Below are positions 21,844 to 31,701 of a stretch of DNA of 64,000 bases, in pieces. Under the pieces are notes generated by a model. The model saw only the letters and a program-made list of their open reading frames with translations. It searched no databases and was not told the origin of the DNA. Origin of the DNA: Candidatus Thorarchaeota archaeon (GTDB taxonomy: Archaea; Asgardarchaeota; Thorarchaeia; Thorarchaeales; Thorarchaeaceae); the NCBI GenBank assembly GCA_963726195.1, contig CAVSBO010000004.1:64001-128000 (forward strand), written 5' to 3'. The number at the start of each line of letters is the position of its first letter. Positions within the stretch are counted from its first letter, which is position 1. The position numbers and the translations under genes are program-made.

Positions 21844-22290
21844 TTACGACGCAGTCTGTTTGCTCTTCCCTGCGGTCAAACGTGCGATTATTGAGAGCAC
21901 TGCTCCAACCCATCCAGCTGACTGAGACGCCACCATAATGAAGCTCACCACAGCTCCGAGGCCGGATGTATAGAGCATTTCTCCAAGAGAGACTAGAAGT
22001 CCTATGAGCCCTAGTCCTGCTCCCAGACCAATCAAGAGTTTCCCGGTGCGCAAGCGCCCCTTTGTCAGCAGAGAACCTCCGATGATAACGCTGATGCCTC
22101 CGAGTCCTGCAAGAAAGAACGACACGTACAAAACGAGATTGATGAGCCACATAATACCCAAGAGCTGCGGAAACAGGGTCGGAATGTCTGCGACGAGCTG
22201 AAGGAATCCGATACTACCCGTTGCGCCGTTGGTTATCAGCAATACGCCACCTATCAAACACAATACGAAAGCGAGTCGATTCTGCAGTCC
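21844..22290 (-). CDS. Gly-rich integral membrane protein (start uncertain)
   Basis: Four hydrophobic segments. Confidence 0.65.
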   Translation of the reverse strand, partial: GLQNRLAFVLCLIGGVLLITNGATGSIGFLQLVADIPTLFPQLLGIMWLINLVLYVSFFLAGLGGISVIIGGSLLTKGRLRTGKLLIGLGAGLGLIGLLVSLGEMLYTSGLGAVVSFIMVASQSAGWVGAVLSIIARLTAGKSKQTAS

Positions 22291-22325
22291 TGAACCTCAC
22301 TGTTAGATAGACCTCAACAATGCTA

Positions 22326-23186
22326 TCATCTTTTTGGTTCCATGCTGGACATGATTGCTCGCTTCTGCCGGAATGTTGACACGCTCGAGAATCCACACTC
22401 CTTGATCATGCTTAGAGCCTTTTCTACTCCAGCGCCAACGTCCTTTGGATTGTGCGCATCAGATCCTATTGTTACTGTCTTGATGCCTGCCCTGCGCAGA
22501 GCTTTGATCATGGAACTCTCCGGCAACGGCTGTTCCATGCCTCTTCTCCACGAGGAAGTGTTCACTTCGAAGCCGACATGGTACCTCTTCATGCTCGATG
22601 CCAGTTGTTTTACATGGGACAACCAGATCGAGTGTATGTCTGGCCCATAGAACTTCTCACCGTAACGTCTGTATACGTCAATATGGCCAAGCACATTAAA
22701 CAGCCCGGTTTCCGCACAGTCTGTCAGAAGCTGAAAGTAGCGATCACCAAGCCGCTGAATTGAGAGATTCGCAAATGCGTTCTGGGCCTCAGGCTCTGTG
22801 GTAATCTGCATGTGGTCGATGAGATGAACGGACCCCATGATCATATCGAAGTCAGTGTCGTGAAATCTATCTGGGAGGCCCTCCGCGACTCCGGGATAAT
22901 AGTCGACCTCGACGCCCAGAAGCACTGCGAGACCGCGCTCCTTGAAGGAATCGGCAGCGGCCCTCACGTTTGACTCGTAGTCTTCCAGCCAGCGATTGTC
23001 GAGCACACCGAGCCTTTTTCCGTTTACCACCACGTAGCCATCGTTTGAAGTCGGTTCGCTGTCCAAGTGTGTCGTGAAACAGATTTCACGAAGGTTGGCC
23101 CTTAGTGCAGAGACACAGAATTCCTCAAGAGTGCCTTGTGCATCGATCGAGTAGTTTGGATGAACGTGGTAGTCGATCATGACCAT
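22326..23186 (-). CDS. PHP-family histidinol-phosphatase (HisJ-like)
   Basis: DYHVH, GVEVD, GSVH, GHID, GSDAH. Confidence 0.85.
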   Translation of the reverse strand: MVMIDYHVHPNYSIDAQGTLEEFCVSALRANLREICFTTHLDSEPTSNDGYVVVNGKRLGVLDNRWLEDYESNVRAAADSFKERGLAVLLGVEVDYYPGVAEGLPDRFHDTDFDMIMGSVHLIDHMQITTEPEAQNAFANLSIQRLGDRYFQLLTDCAETGLFNVLGHIDVYRRYGEKFYGPDIHSIWLSHVKQLASSMKRYHVGFEVNTSSWRRGMEQPLPESSMIKALRRAGIKTVTIGSDAHNPKDVGAGVEKALSMIKECGFSSVSTFRQKRAIMSSMEPKR

Positions 23187-23352
23187 ATTGTTGCCTTCAA
23201 TGAGTGGTCTTGGTATGGGAAGCCACATGCAAAGGGTCTGATGTGAGTCTTTCCCGGGTGCGCATCCTCTTCGATGTCGCGGGACTGGCGATGTATAATA
23301 CGTTATCTGAGGAGCGTTATCCGAAAAAAAAGGAAGCAAGAAGCAGGTTTCC

Positions 23353-23935
23353 CTACTTCTTCTTCTTCACCGGTTTCTTAGCAGGCTTCTTCACTGCTGG
23401 CTTCTTAGCTGGCTTCCTCACTGCTGGCTTCTTCAGCTGGCTTCTTGGCTGCTGGCTTCTTAGCCGGCTTCTTGGCTGCTGGCTTCTTCAGCTGGCTTCT
23501 TACTGCTGGCTTAGGAGCTGGCTTGGGAGCTGGAGCCGGAGCTGGCTTGGGAGCTGGAGCCGGAGCTGGCTTAGGAGCCGGGGCCGGTGCCGGAGCTGGC
23601 TTGGGAGCCGGGGCCGGTGCCGGAGCTGGCTTGGGAGCTGGTGCCGGTGTTGGCGCAGGATAGGGCCGAGGAGCTGGCGTCGGTGTTGGCGCCGGATAAG
23701 GCCGAGGAGCTGGCGCAGGTGTTGGCGCCGGATAAGGCCGAGGAGCTGGTGCTGGACCCGTTCCTGGCTTTGGAGGCTCTGAACCCGGCTTTGGAGGCTC
23801 TGAACCTGATCTTTCCATCTTTTCCCAACTCATTTGTATGTGTGGGTTTGCTCCATCTTCCTCTGATTGAGTTGATGAAGCTCTGTCCCGCTCGTAACTG
23901 TGCGTACCCTCTGGATTTAAACAATATGTAGGCAT
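23353..23935 (-). CDS. Pro/Ala/Lys-rich low-complexity protein with H1-like tail (indels; start uncertain)
   Basis: PAPAPK repeats then KKPAAKKPA...KKPVKKKK*; frameshift ~23435. Confidence 0.6.
23356..23810. repeat. Nested coding tandem repeats (36-bp APAPRPYPAPTP x3; 24-30-bp PAPKPAPA units; KKPA units; 21-bp x2)
   Basis: Directly visible repeats such as ggagctggcttgggagc. Confidence 0.9.
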
Positions 23936-24134
23936 GGGCAGAAAACGGTCAAAGACTGGCAGAATTGGCCTCTTTTCCTGCTCATGGCATATCGAAAGAG
24001 CTGCAGATTGGTCACTGCATTCGCGCCGTTGTTACGCTATTCAACATGATTCAACCGCATTCAATACCAGAGGTAGTTGCAGAAAGATAAGAAACCCCGA
24101 TACAAAAACAGCACAGGACGGTTAGGGTTCGAGG

Positions 24135-24317
24135 CAGCCGCCGAAAAAGTGGACGAACTTAGACATGAAACTGCAGGAGCATATGAGCCTCAGTGAGGAA
24201 TTCAATCATTGAGGTTGAAACGACACGAACCTGACCTCGAGGAGTTTGAGCCCAGTGCCGTTTCTGGGCGGACGAAGACTCCTGTGTCCAACTTTGTCCA
24301 ACTGAGAATAAACGGTA
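24135..24317 (+). repeat. Structured intergenic element, copy A (candidate ncRNA or recombination site)
   Basis: Homologous to 47641-47820; shared cccagtgccgtttctggg and agactcctgtgtccaactttgtccaact. Confidence 0.8.
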
Positions 24318-24404
24318 ACTGGCGACCAGAGCATTGCTCCGGCCACCAGCACCGCTTCGACTCGGTAGTTTTGCAGGTAAGGCTTTACAATTCCTACTTA
24401 AAAG

Positions 24405-26432
24405 CTAGACACACCACGCAATCGATGTGGGCGAAGCCTCACATGTCCTATCATACGCGCAAACACGCCTAGGATGATAATGCATGAGCCATAGCACAAT
24501 ATTGAGTGCCAGTGTCCCATCATAATACGAATGGTATTGATGCGTCATGCCGTAATTGTCGAATTCGAAATTGGAACCTGAGATAACGATCCTGCCACCA
24601 CCAGCACCCTGAAGGCATGCCAACACCGGGTCGATGCCGTAGCTTCCCAGAGTGGTTGCGCCGCCGGGGACTTTGATGGGTGCTCCAAGGAAGTCGAAGT
24701 CGTAAACTCCCACGGTCGTGGGATGGGCGGTGACTTGAGTAACAAGAACAGGACTGTCGCCAGAACCAACTCTGCCGTTTGTCAGAGAGAAGTTGGTCCA
24801 GCTGAGGAAATGATTGAGAGAGTGAACATCCAGACTGTCGTTTGATAGAGCAACAACGAGTATTCCACCACCGCTATTGAAGTATTGATGATAGGCTGTA
24901 ATCTCACTGTCTGAAAAGGGCACAGAGAAAATAGATGGGTTGAATGCGTCGCTCTCGTTTAAGTCCCAGACGCATGGGTCCAGCAAGAGGACTGCGTCAA
25001 ACGTGGAGAGAAGACTGTACGTGATTTCCGAGCTGTTGCGCAACTCCGTCACTGAGAACGAGTTCGTTGTGAGCTTCTTGTAGAACTCTCTGAACTGACC
25101 ATAGATTGTGTCAATGGACCAAGTCGTGTGGCTGATGTCGAAGGCTACCCTTGCAGTAGCGTCTGGAGCTGTGAACCGAATTGTGACGCGCGATGTGCCG
25201 CCGGTGTTAGATACGAATGTGATGTTGCCGCTGTAGGATGTGATACCGCTAGCTGGCACAACCACCTTCAGAGGAACAATGCCAACTTGGTTGATAGAAA
25301 CAGGCGAAGACACATTGAATATGCCTGGGGTGCTGCTGGTGATCTTAATGTCGAATGTCGCCTGCGATGACGTGAAGAGCTGCAGATTGAATTCATAGGT
25401 ATCTCCATGGAAGAGGCTCTCGAAATCAATGGGAAGTTCAGCAGGGCTTACGTATGAAATGTTAGGCAAAAGCCCTGTGCTCGAACTACCGGCTATCACT
25501 TGGATTGAATTCGTGAGATCTAATGCGCCAGCGCCAACAACATACTCTGGATAAGGCAGCGTGTCAGCACCTTTCAACAGGGCAGTCATGATTGAACCGG
25601 GTGTGAATGGCAAACTGTTCTTGATGCAGTAGGCGACCAGCTCCGCTGCCGCGGCAGACACACGTGGAGATGAAAAGGATGTTCCATAGTAGGTGGTTGT
25701 CGTCGTCTGAACGTAGCCAGCGGCGGCGATGTCTGGTTTCATATAGCTTGACGCAGTTGGGCCTGTACTTGAGAAGTAGGCCGGGGACCCATTATCATCG
25801 AGAGCCGCGACCGCTAGGCAGTCCATGAATACACCTGGCGACGAGACGCTCGTGCCGGCTCTTCCGCTGTCACCCTCGTTGCCCGCGGCTGCCACAACGA
25901 CGACTCCCTTTGAAAACGCATACTGTATCGCCTTCTCAGTTGGATCATCATAAGTTGGCGTCGAACCAAGGCTCAGATTGATGACACTGCAGTTCTGTTC
26001 GACTGCCCAGTAGATAGCGGCGATTAGTCCCGGTGTGGTGGCTTGTCCATTCGAATCAAGGATTCTTCCATTGACTATCACACAGTTTTGGCTTTCTTGA
26101 GCGATTGTCATAGCCACGAGTGTACCGTGTGGCGTGCCACCGGGCCTGGAATCAGTTGTGGTAAGGTCGCTGGAGGTGTAGCCGTAATCGACCGAAATGA
26201 AGCTCTGCTGCGAGGCGATTCTGCCCTGAAGAACGCCAGAGCTATCCATCCCCGAATCCAAGACTGCAACTCTGACTTGCCCAGTCCCTGACGAGAAAGG
26301 CCCGAGCTGCAAGAGAAGCATTACGCCGGAAGACATCACAATGAGAAGAATCACAAACACTGCCAGGAGCTTGATAGCGGTTGACGAGGACCGTTTGGGG
26401 CCGCTATCTCTGATTTCCCAATAGTTCATCAT
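24405..26432 (-). CDS. Membrane-anchored S8 subtilase + Ig-like + GldG/DUF4350-like domain (site-1-protease-like architecture)
   Basis: VAVLDSG, HGTLVA, AAGNEG, GTSFSSP catalytic motifs; VAFDISH C-terminal domain; N-terminal TM. Confidence 0.85.
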   Translation of the reverse strand: MMNYWEIRDSGPKRSSSTAIKLLAVFVILLIVMSSGVMLLLQLGPFSSGTGQVRVAVLDSGMDSSGVLQGRIASQQSFISVDYGYTSSDLTTTDSRPGGTPHGTLVAMTIAQESQNCVIVNGRILDSNGQATTPGLIAAIYWAVEQNCSVINLSLGSTPTYDDPTEKAIQYAFSKGVVVVAAAGNEGDSGRAGTSVSSPGVFMDCLAVAALDDNGSPAYFSSTGPTASSYMKPDIAAAGYVQTTTTTYYGTSFSSPRVSAAAAELVAYCIKNSLPFTPGSIMTALLKGADTLPYPEYVVGAGALDLTNSIQVIAGSSSTGLLPNISYVSPAELPIDFESLFHGDTYEFNLQLFTSSQATFDIKITSSTPGIFNVSSPVSINQVGIVPLKVVVPASGITSYSGNITFVSNTGGTSRVTIRFTAPDATARVAFDISHTTWSIDTIYGQFREFYKKLTTNSFSVTELRNSSEITYSLLSTFDAVLLLDPCVWDLNESDAFNPSIFSVPFSDSEITAYHQYFNSGGGILVVALSNDSLDVHSLNHFLSWTNFSLTNGRVGSGDSPVLVTQVTAHPTTVGVYDFDFLGAPIKVPGGATTLGSYGIDPVLACLQGAGGGRIVISGSNFEFDNYGMTHQYHSYYDGTLALNIVLWLMHYHPRRVCAYDRTCEASPTSIAWCV

Positions 26433-26704
26433 TGGATTCACCATCGAGTCACAGCTCGGGACCTGCCAAACCAATCAATCCATTGTACATGAAGCTGTTG
26501 TTCTGATACAATGCGGTCCACAGTGGAGCGATTGCATTTGAAAGGACCAACCGCAAGCGCGTTCGGAAGCCGTCGACCTGCTCAAAAGAAGCTTCAAAAG
26601 GTGGCCAGAGGAGGCCGAGTACGTTTTGGACTCCACAGAACATGTTACAAGTTGATTTATCTGGAAAAGGGCAGTCGAAGTGCTCAATCAACGGGGAACT
26701 CATC

Positions 26705-29620
26705 GTGCCAGAACAAGACGCCATCACAACTAGCCTAGGAGCTGAAGGTTTTCATTCGATACCTCTCGACGACCTGCTGCAAGTGCTCTCTGTTGATCCC
26801 AAGATTGGACTGTCGGACGAAGAGGTGAAGTCTCGCCTTCAGCAATATGGCCCCAACTCCATTCCGAAAGTCAAAGGGTCCTTCTGGAAAGTCTACTTGG
26901 CACCAATCCTGAACTGGCTGATTAACATCTATATCGTGAGCTCTGTTGCTCTTCTCGCAATCTCGTTGCTCTTTCCGTCTCCAGAGAACGGGCTCTTACA
27001 AGCCACAATCTGGATTGCTGTGGTTGCCGTGAATTGCATTGTGGCCATCTTTCAGCAGTATAGGGCCCAAAAGAAGCTTGAAGCGCTCGAGAAGCTGGCG
27101 GCAGGAGAAACAAGGGTCATACGTGACGGTTCAGAGATGAAAATAGACCCTGCCCGCATCGTGCCCGGTGATGTGATTAAACTCGAGCAGGGCGACAAGA
27201 TACCTGCTGATGCTAGGATAGTCTCATGCTCCAACCTCACGACCAATGAGGCTTCATTGACTGGTGAGAGTGTTCCCAGCACGAAGGACTACGAGGCAGT
27301 CTTGCCAGCGGCTGCTCCTATCACGGATATGACCAATACGATATTTCTGGGTACCTACGTTGCCACAGGCAGGGCACTTGCCGTCGTGACAAAGACCGGG
27401 GCCGCCACTGAGATTGGGAAGATCCAGAGAGAGCTGGAGGCGCTCAACACCGGGGATATACCTCTCCGGAAGAAAGTGAACCGACTCGCCAAGTATCTCG
27501 GCATAACGGCTCTCCTCTTGCTGGCCGTGTCCATCCTATGGCAGGTCTTCCTTCTACCGCTCATCACGAACACTCCCATCGTCATCACTCCTGAGGCTAT
27601 CGCTGCTAACCTGGAACTTGCCATACCCAGAGCCTTGACGATCATGCCCATGAATATCCCGTTGCTCACCACAATTGTGCTTCTTACTGGTGTTCTTGTC
27701 ATGGCGCAACATGGAGTAATCATCCGGGACCTCTCCGCTGTAGAGAGTCTGGGTCGGGTCAGTGTCATATGCTCAGACAAGACTGGCACATTGACGCGGA
27801 ACCAAATGACTGTCAGGTTTTGCTGGGACACGCAGAATCTCTATTCTGTAACTGGAGATGGATACGAGCCCTCAGGTCAGATATACCGACTCAAGGATTC
27901 TTCGGGAATCATGTCGTTCAATTACGAACATGAAAGCAAGCCGACTGACGTGAGAACTTCGAAGAGCCTGTACAAGCTAATGATATGCGGGGCGATAGAC
28001 AACGATTCTGAGATAGTGAAGAAGGAGATTCCCAGCCAAGGTACCGCTTGGACCGCTATCGGAGATCCGACTGATGCTGCCCTGCTTGCGCTCTTCAGAA
28101 AGACCAACCTCGATGAAGAAGATGTCAGAAAGAAGTACAAGGTGGTCAAGGAGTTTCCGTTCGAGTCTGAGCTGAAACGTGTATCAAAGATATGTCATGA
28201 CGGAAAGAAATTTGTCGCCTTTGTGAAGGGAGCAAGCGAAGTCATACTGCCAAGATGCACCACAATCGATGGAAGCGATCGCCCCTCAAAGCTCACGACC
28301 GATACTGCAGGCAAGATTCAGGGATATGTCGATAGCTTTGCAGCGATGGGATATCGTGTCATATCACTTGCTTACCATGAGATGGACTCCTTCCCCGAGT
28401 CTGAAGACGCAAGAGACCTGACCGAGAAGAACTTGGCATACCTCGGCTTTGCGTGCATTGTCGACCCGCCCCGTGATGGCGCAAAAGAAGCCGTAGAGAG
28501 TTGTCACAGTGCGGGGATTAACGTTGTGATGATTACTGGAGACGCCTCCGCCACTGCACAGACGATTGCTCGCGATTTGGGAATCTCGTCCAAGAACTCA
28601 CTAGTCGCAGAGGGTGCTTCGATTGAGGAACTCAGCGATAGCGATTTTGCAAAGGTGAATGTGTTCGCGCGCGTCAATCCTCAACACAAGCAAGTCATTG
28701 TAGAGCGGTACCAGAACCAAGGCAAAGTGGTCGCGATGACCGGAGACGGTGTCAACGATGCGCTTGCACTTGCGATGTGTGATGCAGGTATTGCCATGGG
28801 TATCACCGGTACGGATGTGGCCAAAGAAGCGGCAGACCTCGTGATAACCGACGACAGCTTCACGTCAATAGTTGAAGGTGTGCGTCAAGGAAGGGGCCTG
28901 TTCAACAAGATCCGAATGATGGTCTACTTCTACTTGGCTATCAACCTGTCTGAGAGCATTCTCTACTTTGGAGGGCTCTTCCTTCTGCCTGCGTCAATGG
29001 CAGTGCTGACATCGTGGCAGAGTCTGTACCTGATAGTCACCACTCATTCGTTTCCGGGATTGGCTCTCGTATTTGACAGAACTTCGCGTACGGCAATGGA
29101 CGAGAAACCAAGGGACAGTGAGGCAATTATCACTCATCCACTTGCCAAGTTTATGGCCCTCAACATAGTGCTGATGGCAATCGGCGCAGGGCTCGCCTAT
29201 GCATTGACCGTAACCGGGTGGTTCGGAATCGAGGGTCTCTTTCCCGAAAACGTAGGCGGTATCTACTCAGCTTCAATTGATTCCGCATTCAAGGCGAGGG
29301 TCATGATGTTGAGCGTGATGCTGCTGACCGAAAGCACGTTGGTACTCATAGTCAGACGCGTGAACATGTCTCTGAGGCGGAGTCTTAGGGAACCAGGGAC
29401 GATGATATTTGTTCCCTTCCTCGCAATCATCTATGCCGCACATTTGCTTCTGATGTACGTCCCACAGTCCCAAGGGTTATTGTCAACTGTAGGGCTTCAC
29501 TTTTACTTCCTGCCTTTGACGCTCTATGACTGGGTCATCTGCTTCTTGCTAGCTATGCCGGCAATAGTGGGTATGGAAGTGTACAAGTGGAGACTTAGAC
29601 GACAGGGCAAGACCATCTAG
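26705..29620 (+). CDS. P-type ATPase, type II (Ca2+/cation-transporting)
   Basis: LTGES, DKTGTLT, KGASE, DPPR, TGDGVNDA. Confidence 0.93.
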   Translation: MPEQDAITTSLGAEGFHSIPLDDLLQVLSVDPKIGLSDEEVKSRLQQYGPNSIPKVKGSFWKVYLAPILNWLINIYIVSSVALLAISLLFPSPENGLLQATIWIAVVAVNCIVAIFQQYRAQKKLEALEKLAAGETRVIRDGSEMKIDPARIVPGDVIKLEQGDKIPADARIVSCSNLTTNEASLTGESVPSTKDYEAVLPAAAPITDMTNTIFLGTYVATGRALAVVTKTGAATEIGKIQRELEALNTGDIPLRKKVNRLAKYLGITALLLLAVSILWQVFLLPLITNTPIVITPEAIAANLELAIPRALTIMPMNIPLLTTIVLLTGVLVMAQHGVIIRDLSAVESLGRVSVICSDKTGTLTRNQMTVRFCWDTQNLYSVTGDGYEPSGQIYRLKDSSGIMSFNYEHESKPTDVRTSKSLYKLMICGAIDNDSEIVKKEIPSQGTAWTAIGDPTDAALLALFRKTNLDEEDVRKKYKVVKEFPFESELKRVSKICHDGKKFVAFVKGASEVILPRCTTIDGSDRPSKLTTDTAGKIQGYVDSFAAMGYRVISLAYHEMDSFPESEDARDLTEKNLAYLGFACIVDPPRDGAKEAVESCHSAGINVVMITGDASATAQTIARDLGISSKNSLVAEGASIEELSDSDFAKVNVFARVNPQHKQVIVERYQNQGKVVAMTGDGVNDALALAMCDAGIAMGITGTDVAKEAADLVITDDSFTSIVEGVRQGRGLFNKIRMMVYFYLAINLSESILYFGGLFLLPASMAVLTSWQSLYLIVTTHSFPGLALVFDRTSRTAMDEKPRDSEAIITHPLAKFMALNIVLMAIGAGLAYALTVTGWFGIEGLFPENVGGIYSASIDSAFKARVMMLSVMLLTESTLVLIVRRVNMSLRRSLREPGTMIFVPFLAIIYAAHLLLMYVPQSQGLLSTVGLHFYFLPLTLYDWVICFLLAMPAIVGMEVYKWRLRRQGKTI

Positions 29621-29649
29621 CACCAGAAGCCCATTGGGGGCCCTAGCAA

Positions 29650-31614
29650 ATGCTGCAACTGCCGTTCTTCAGTCCGTTGATTTGGGGCCTAATGCTCGCG
29701 GCCGTCTTCCTAGTTACGGCTGTAGGTTCCATCATTGAGCTGACCATGAGAGCGAGAACCCGTCAAGTGCAGAGACTGGACGCGATGCTCCTCACTCGGA
29801 TGACCATTCCTGTTCTGGAGCTGGCAAATGGTCTTGACAAGAAGGCCCTCGACAAGTCGAGTACATTGGCTGTTGTTAAACGCGCAAAGAACGCAATGCT
29901 GAGCTTTGCCGGGAGCTCAGTCGTTTCAGTGCCACTGATGATGCAGAGACTTCGCTCGCAGCTCGCTGACAGCAGCGCAATCCATGTGGCAGATGAATCC
30001 AAGCGTTGGGAACTCTCAGATGATCAGATTGCTTCGTTAGTAGAAACAATCACAACGGCTGAGGGCATGGATGTTGTTCTGACGAAGGATGGAGATTTCA
30101 TTCTAGTCACTGAATTCAAGGGACGCATGAGGGATGCGCTCAATCTTGGCGGGCGCTTGGATATCTCGTCAGAGGCCCAACGCATGAGAGTGGATCCCGG
30201 AGAGCTCAGAAAACTTGTACAGACCTGGGGTTGGGGACTGATTGAGGGGTCTGACGGTTCACTGGTTTCAACACGCTGGCTGAAGTCGACTCTTGAACGC
30301 GGTGTCGATAAGCTGGGCTATCTGGACCCGAAGGCTGAGGCAGCACGATTGCACATTCCTGTGGGAGCCATCACGGAAACAATCAAACAGCTGAAGTGGA
30401 CACTCATCGAGACACAGGACGGGAGACAGGTGCCAAGCCACCTGTTGGAGCAGCACCTTGTCGATAGCATTCGAAAGGAAGGGTTCATTGATCTCGACGC
30501 GGAATCGAAGGAGCTCAAGGTAGGTGTTCCGGACCTACTAAGACTGCTGCGCACGGCTGGCATGCGCATAGTCTCCACGAAAGACCATTCGGTTGCGACT
30601 GTCGAGTACGTGCGAGACCGAGTCAGAGACGACATGCAGCTCTCCGGCTGGGTGTCACCCGATCAAGAGGCAGAGGTCCTCGGGGTCGACAAGAACGTCA
30701 TTGACGATATCTTGAAGGGCCAGCCCGGTTTGAGAAGAGGAAGAGATGGAAGGTATGTTTCGCTAGAATCCCTTCGACGATGGCTTCTTCAGGAAGCTGA
30801 AGAAGCAGGTGTGATTCGAGTGAACGACGCGGAGACGCAATGGGGTCTGTCTCCTCTCGAACTCCAGTTACTTGTAAGAGAGTCGGGCTTGACCACGGTC
30901 GTCACGCGCTCCGGTGACTACCTATCGACCGCGTTTGTCCGCCGAAAAGTACAATCTGATCTCAGCAAAGGTGTTCGTGTGGAGCCTTCCGTTCTCGCCA
31001 GTGGTCTAGGGATCGACTCAAGAACGGCTGAAGGAATCATGGCACGGGTGAAGGGAGAAGGGCTAGTCACAGAAGATGGCTCACTAATTCCTGCGTCTCT
31101 CTTGCGAAAGAATCTTCAGCAGGCATTTGCGTCCACGGGGATAGTTGACCTGGTGAGGGAGGGCAGAACTCAGAGACTCGACGTTTCGGATCTCAGAAGG
31201 ATAGTAGTAGGCTTGGGAATAGAGACGCTGGAGACCGCAACAAACAAGCTTGTTGACGTATCGTGGATTATCAATGGCATGAGACAGGCTCTCAAACTGA
31301 AAGGAGTCTTTTACCTTGCTAGACTAGCGAGCACTCTCGAACTTGATTACGTGACAGTGGCGGAGGTTGTTGAAAAGAAGCTTGAAGCCAATGAGATGAT
31401 TGTAGACCCAGCGGGTGTGGTTGTGAATTCTGAATGGGTTGCGGATCTTCGCCAGTATTCCTCAGTTACAGACATGATACCGGTTACACAGTTATCGACC
31501 GAGATGGGCCTTAGCCCCGAGTCGGTGCTTCATTTGCTCAAGAGGTACGTGGGCGGTCTCTACAATTCGCGGACCGACTCATTCACCCCTCGACTGCAAC
31601 AAACAGGTACGTAA
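29650..31614 (+). CDS. N-terminal TM + ~11 tandem winged-helix repeats (UFL1/DDRGK1/PCI-like)
   Basis: ~55-aa period T.DG..v....l...l......G.id....a..l.v. Confidence 0.7.
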   Translation: MLQLPFFSPLIWGLMLAAVFLVTAVGSIIELTMRARTRQVQRLDAMLLTRMTIPVLELANGLDKKALDKSSTLAVVKRAKNAMLSFAGSSVVSVPLMMQRLRSQLADSSAIHVADESKRWELSDDQIASLVETITTAEGMDVVLTKDGDFILVTEFKGRMRDALNLGGRLDISSEAQRMRVDPGELRKLVQTWGWGLIEGSDGSLVSTRWLKSTLERGVDKLGYLDPKAEAARLHIPVGAITETIKQLKWTLIETQDGRQVPSHLLEQHLVDSIRKEGFIDLDAESKELKVGVPDLLRLLRTAGMRIVSTKDHSVATVEYVRDRVRDDMQLSGWVSPDQEAEVLGVDKNVIDDILKGQPGLRRGRDGRYVSLESLRRWLLQEAEEAGVIRVNDAETQWGLSPLELQLLVRESGLTTVVTRSGDYLSTAFVRRKVQSDLSKGVRVEPSVLASGLGIDSRTAEGIMARVKGEGLVTEDGSLIPASLLRKNLQQAFASTGIVDLVREGRTQRLDVSDLRRIVVGLGIETLETATNKLVDVSWIINGMRQALKLKGVFYLARLASTLELDYVTVAEVVEKKLEANEMIVDPAGVVVNSEWVADLRQYSSVTDMIPVTQLSTEMGLSPESVLHLLKRYVGGLYNSRTDSFTPRLQQTGT

Positions 31615-31701
31615 CCAGAAGTATGCTTGGCGTATATACAATATGTTCCTACCGCTCTCGATATGGGAACTCTATAAATAAGCGGTTTGTCTTGTATTCT
31701 G

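Noticed and set aside
23356-23810. CRISPR array
   Set aside because: The repeats are in-frame coding units without unique spacers, and no cas genes are present.
24284-24303. Telomerase-like template (about two copies of a 10-mer near a pseudoknot)
   Set aside because: No RT and no tandem product arrays; the segment has an upstream inverted partner that explains it more simply.
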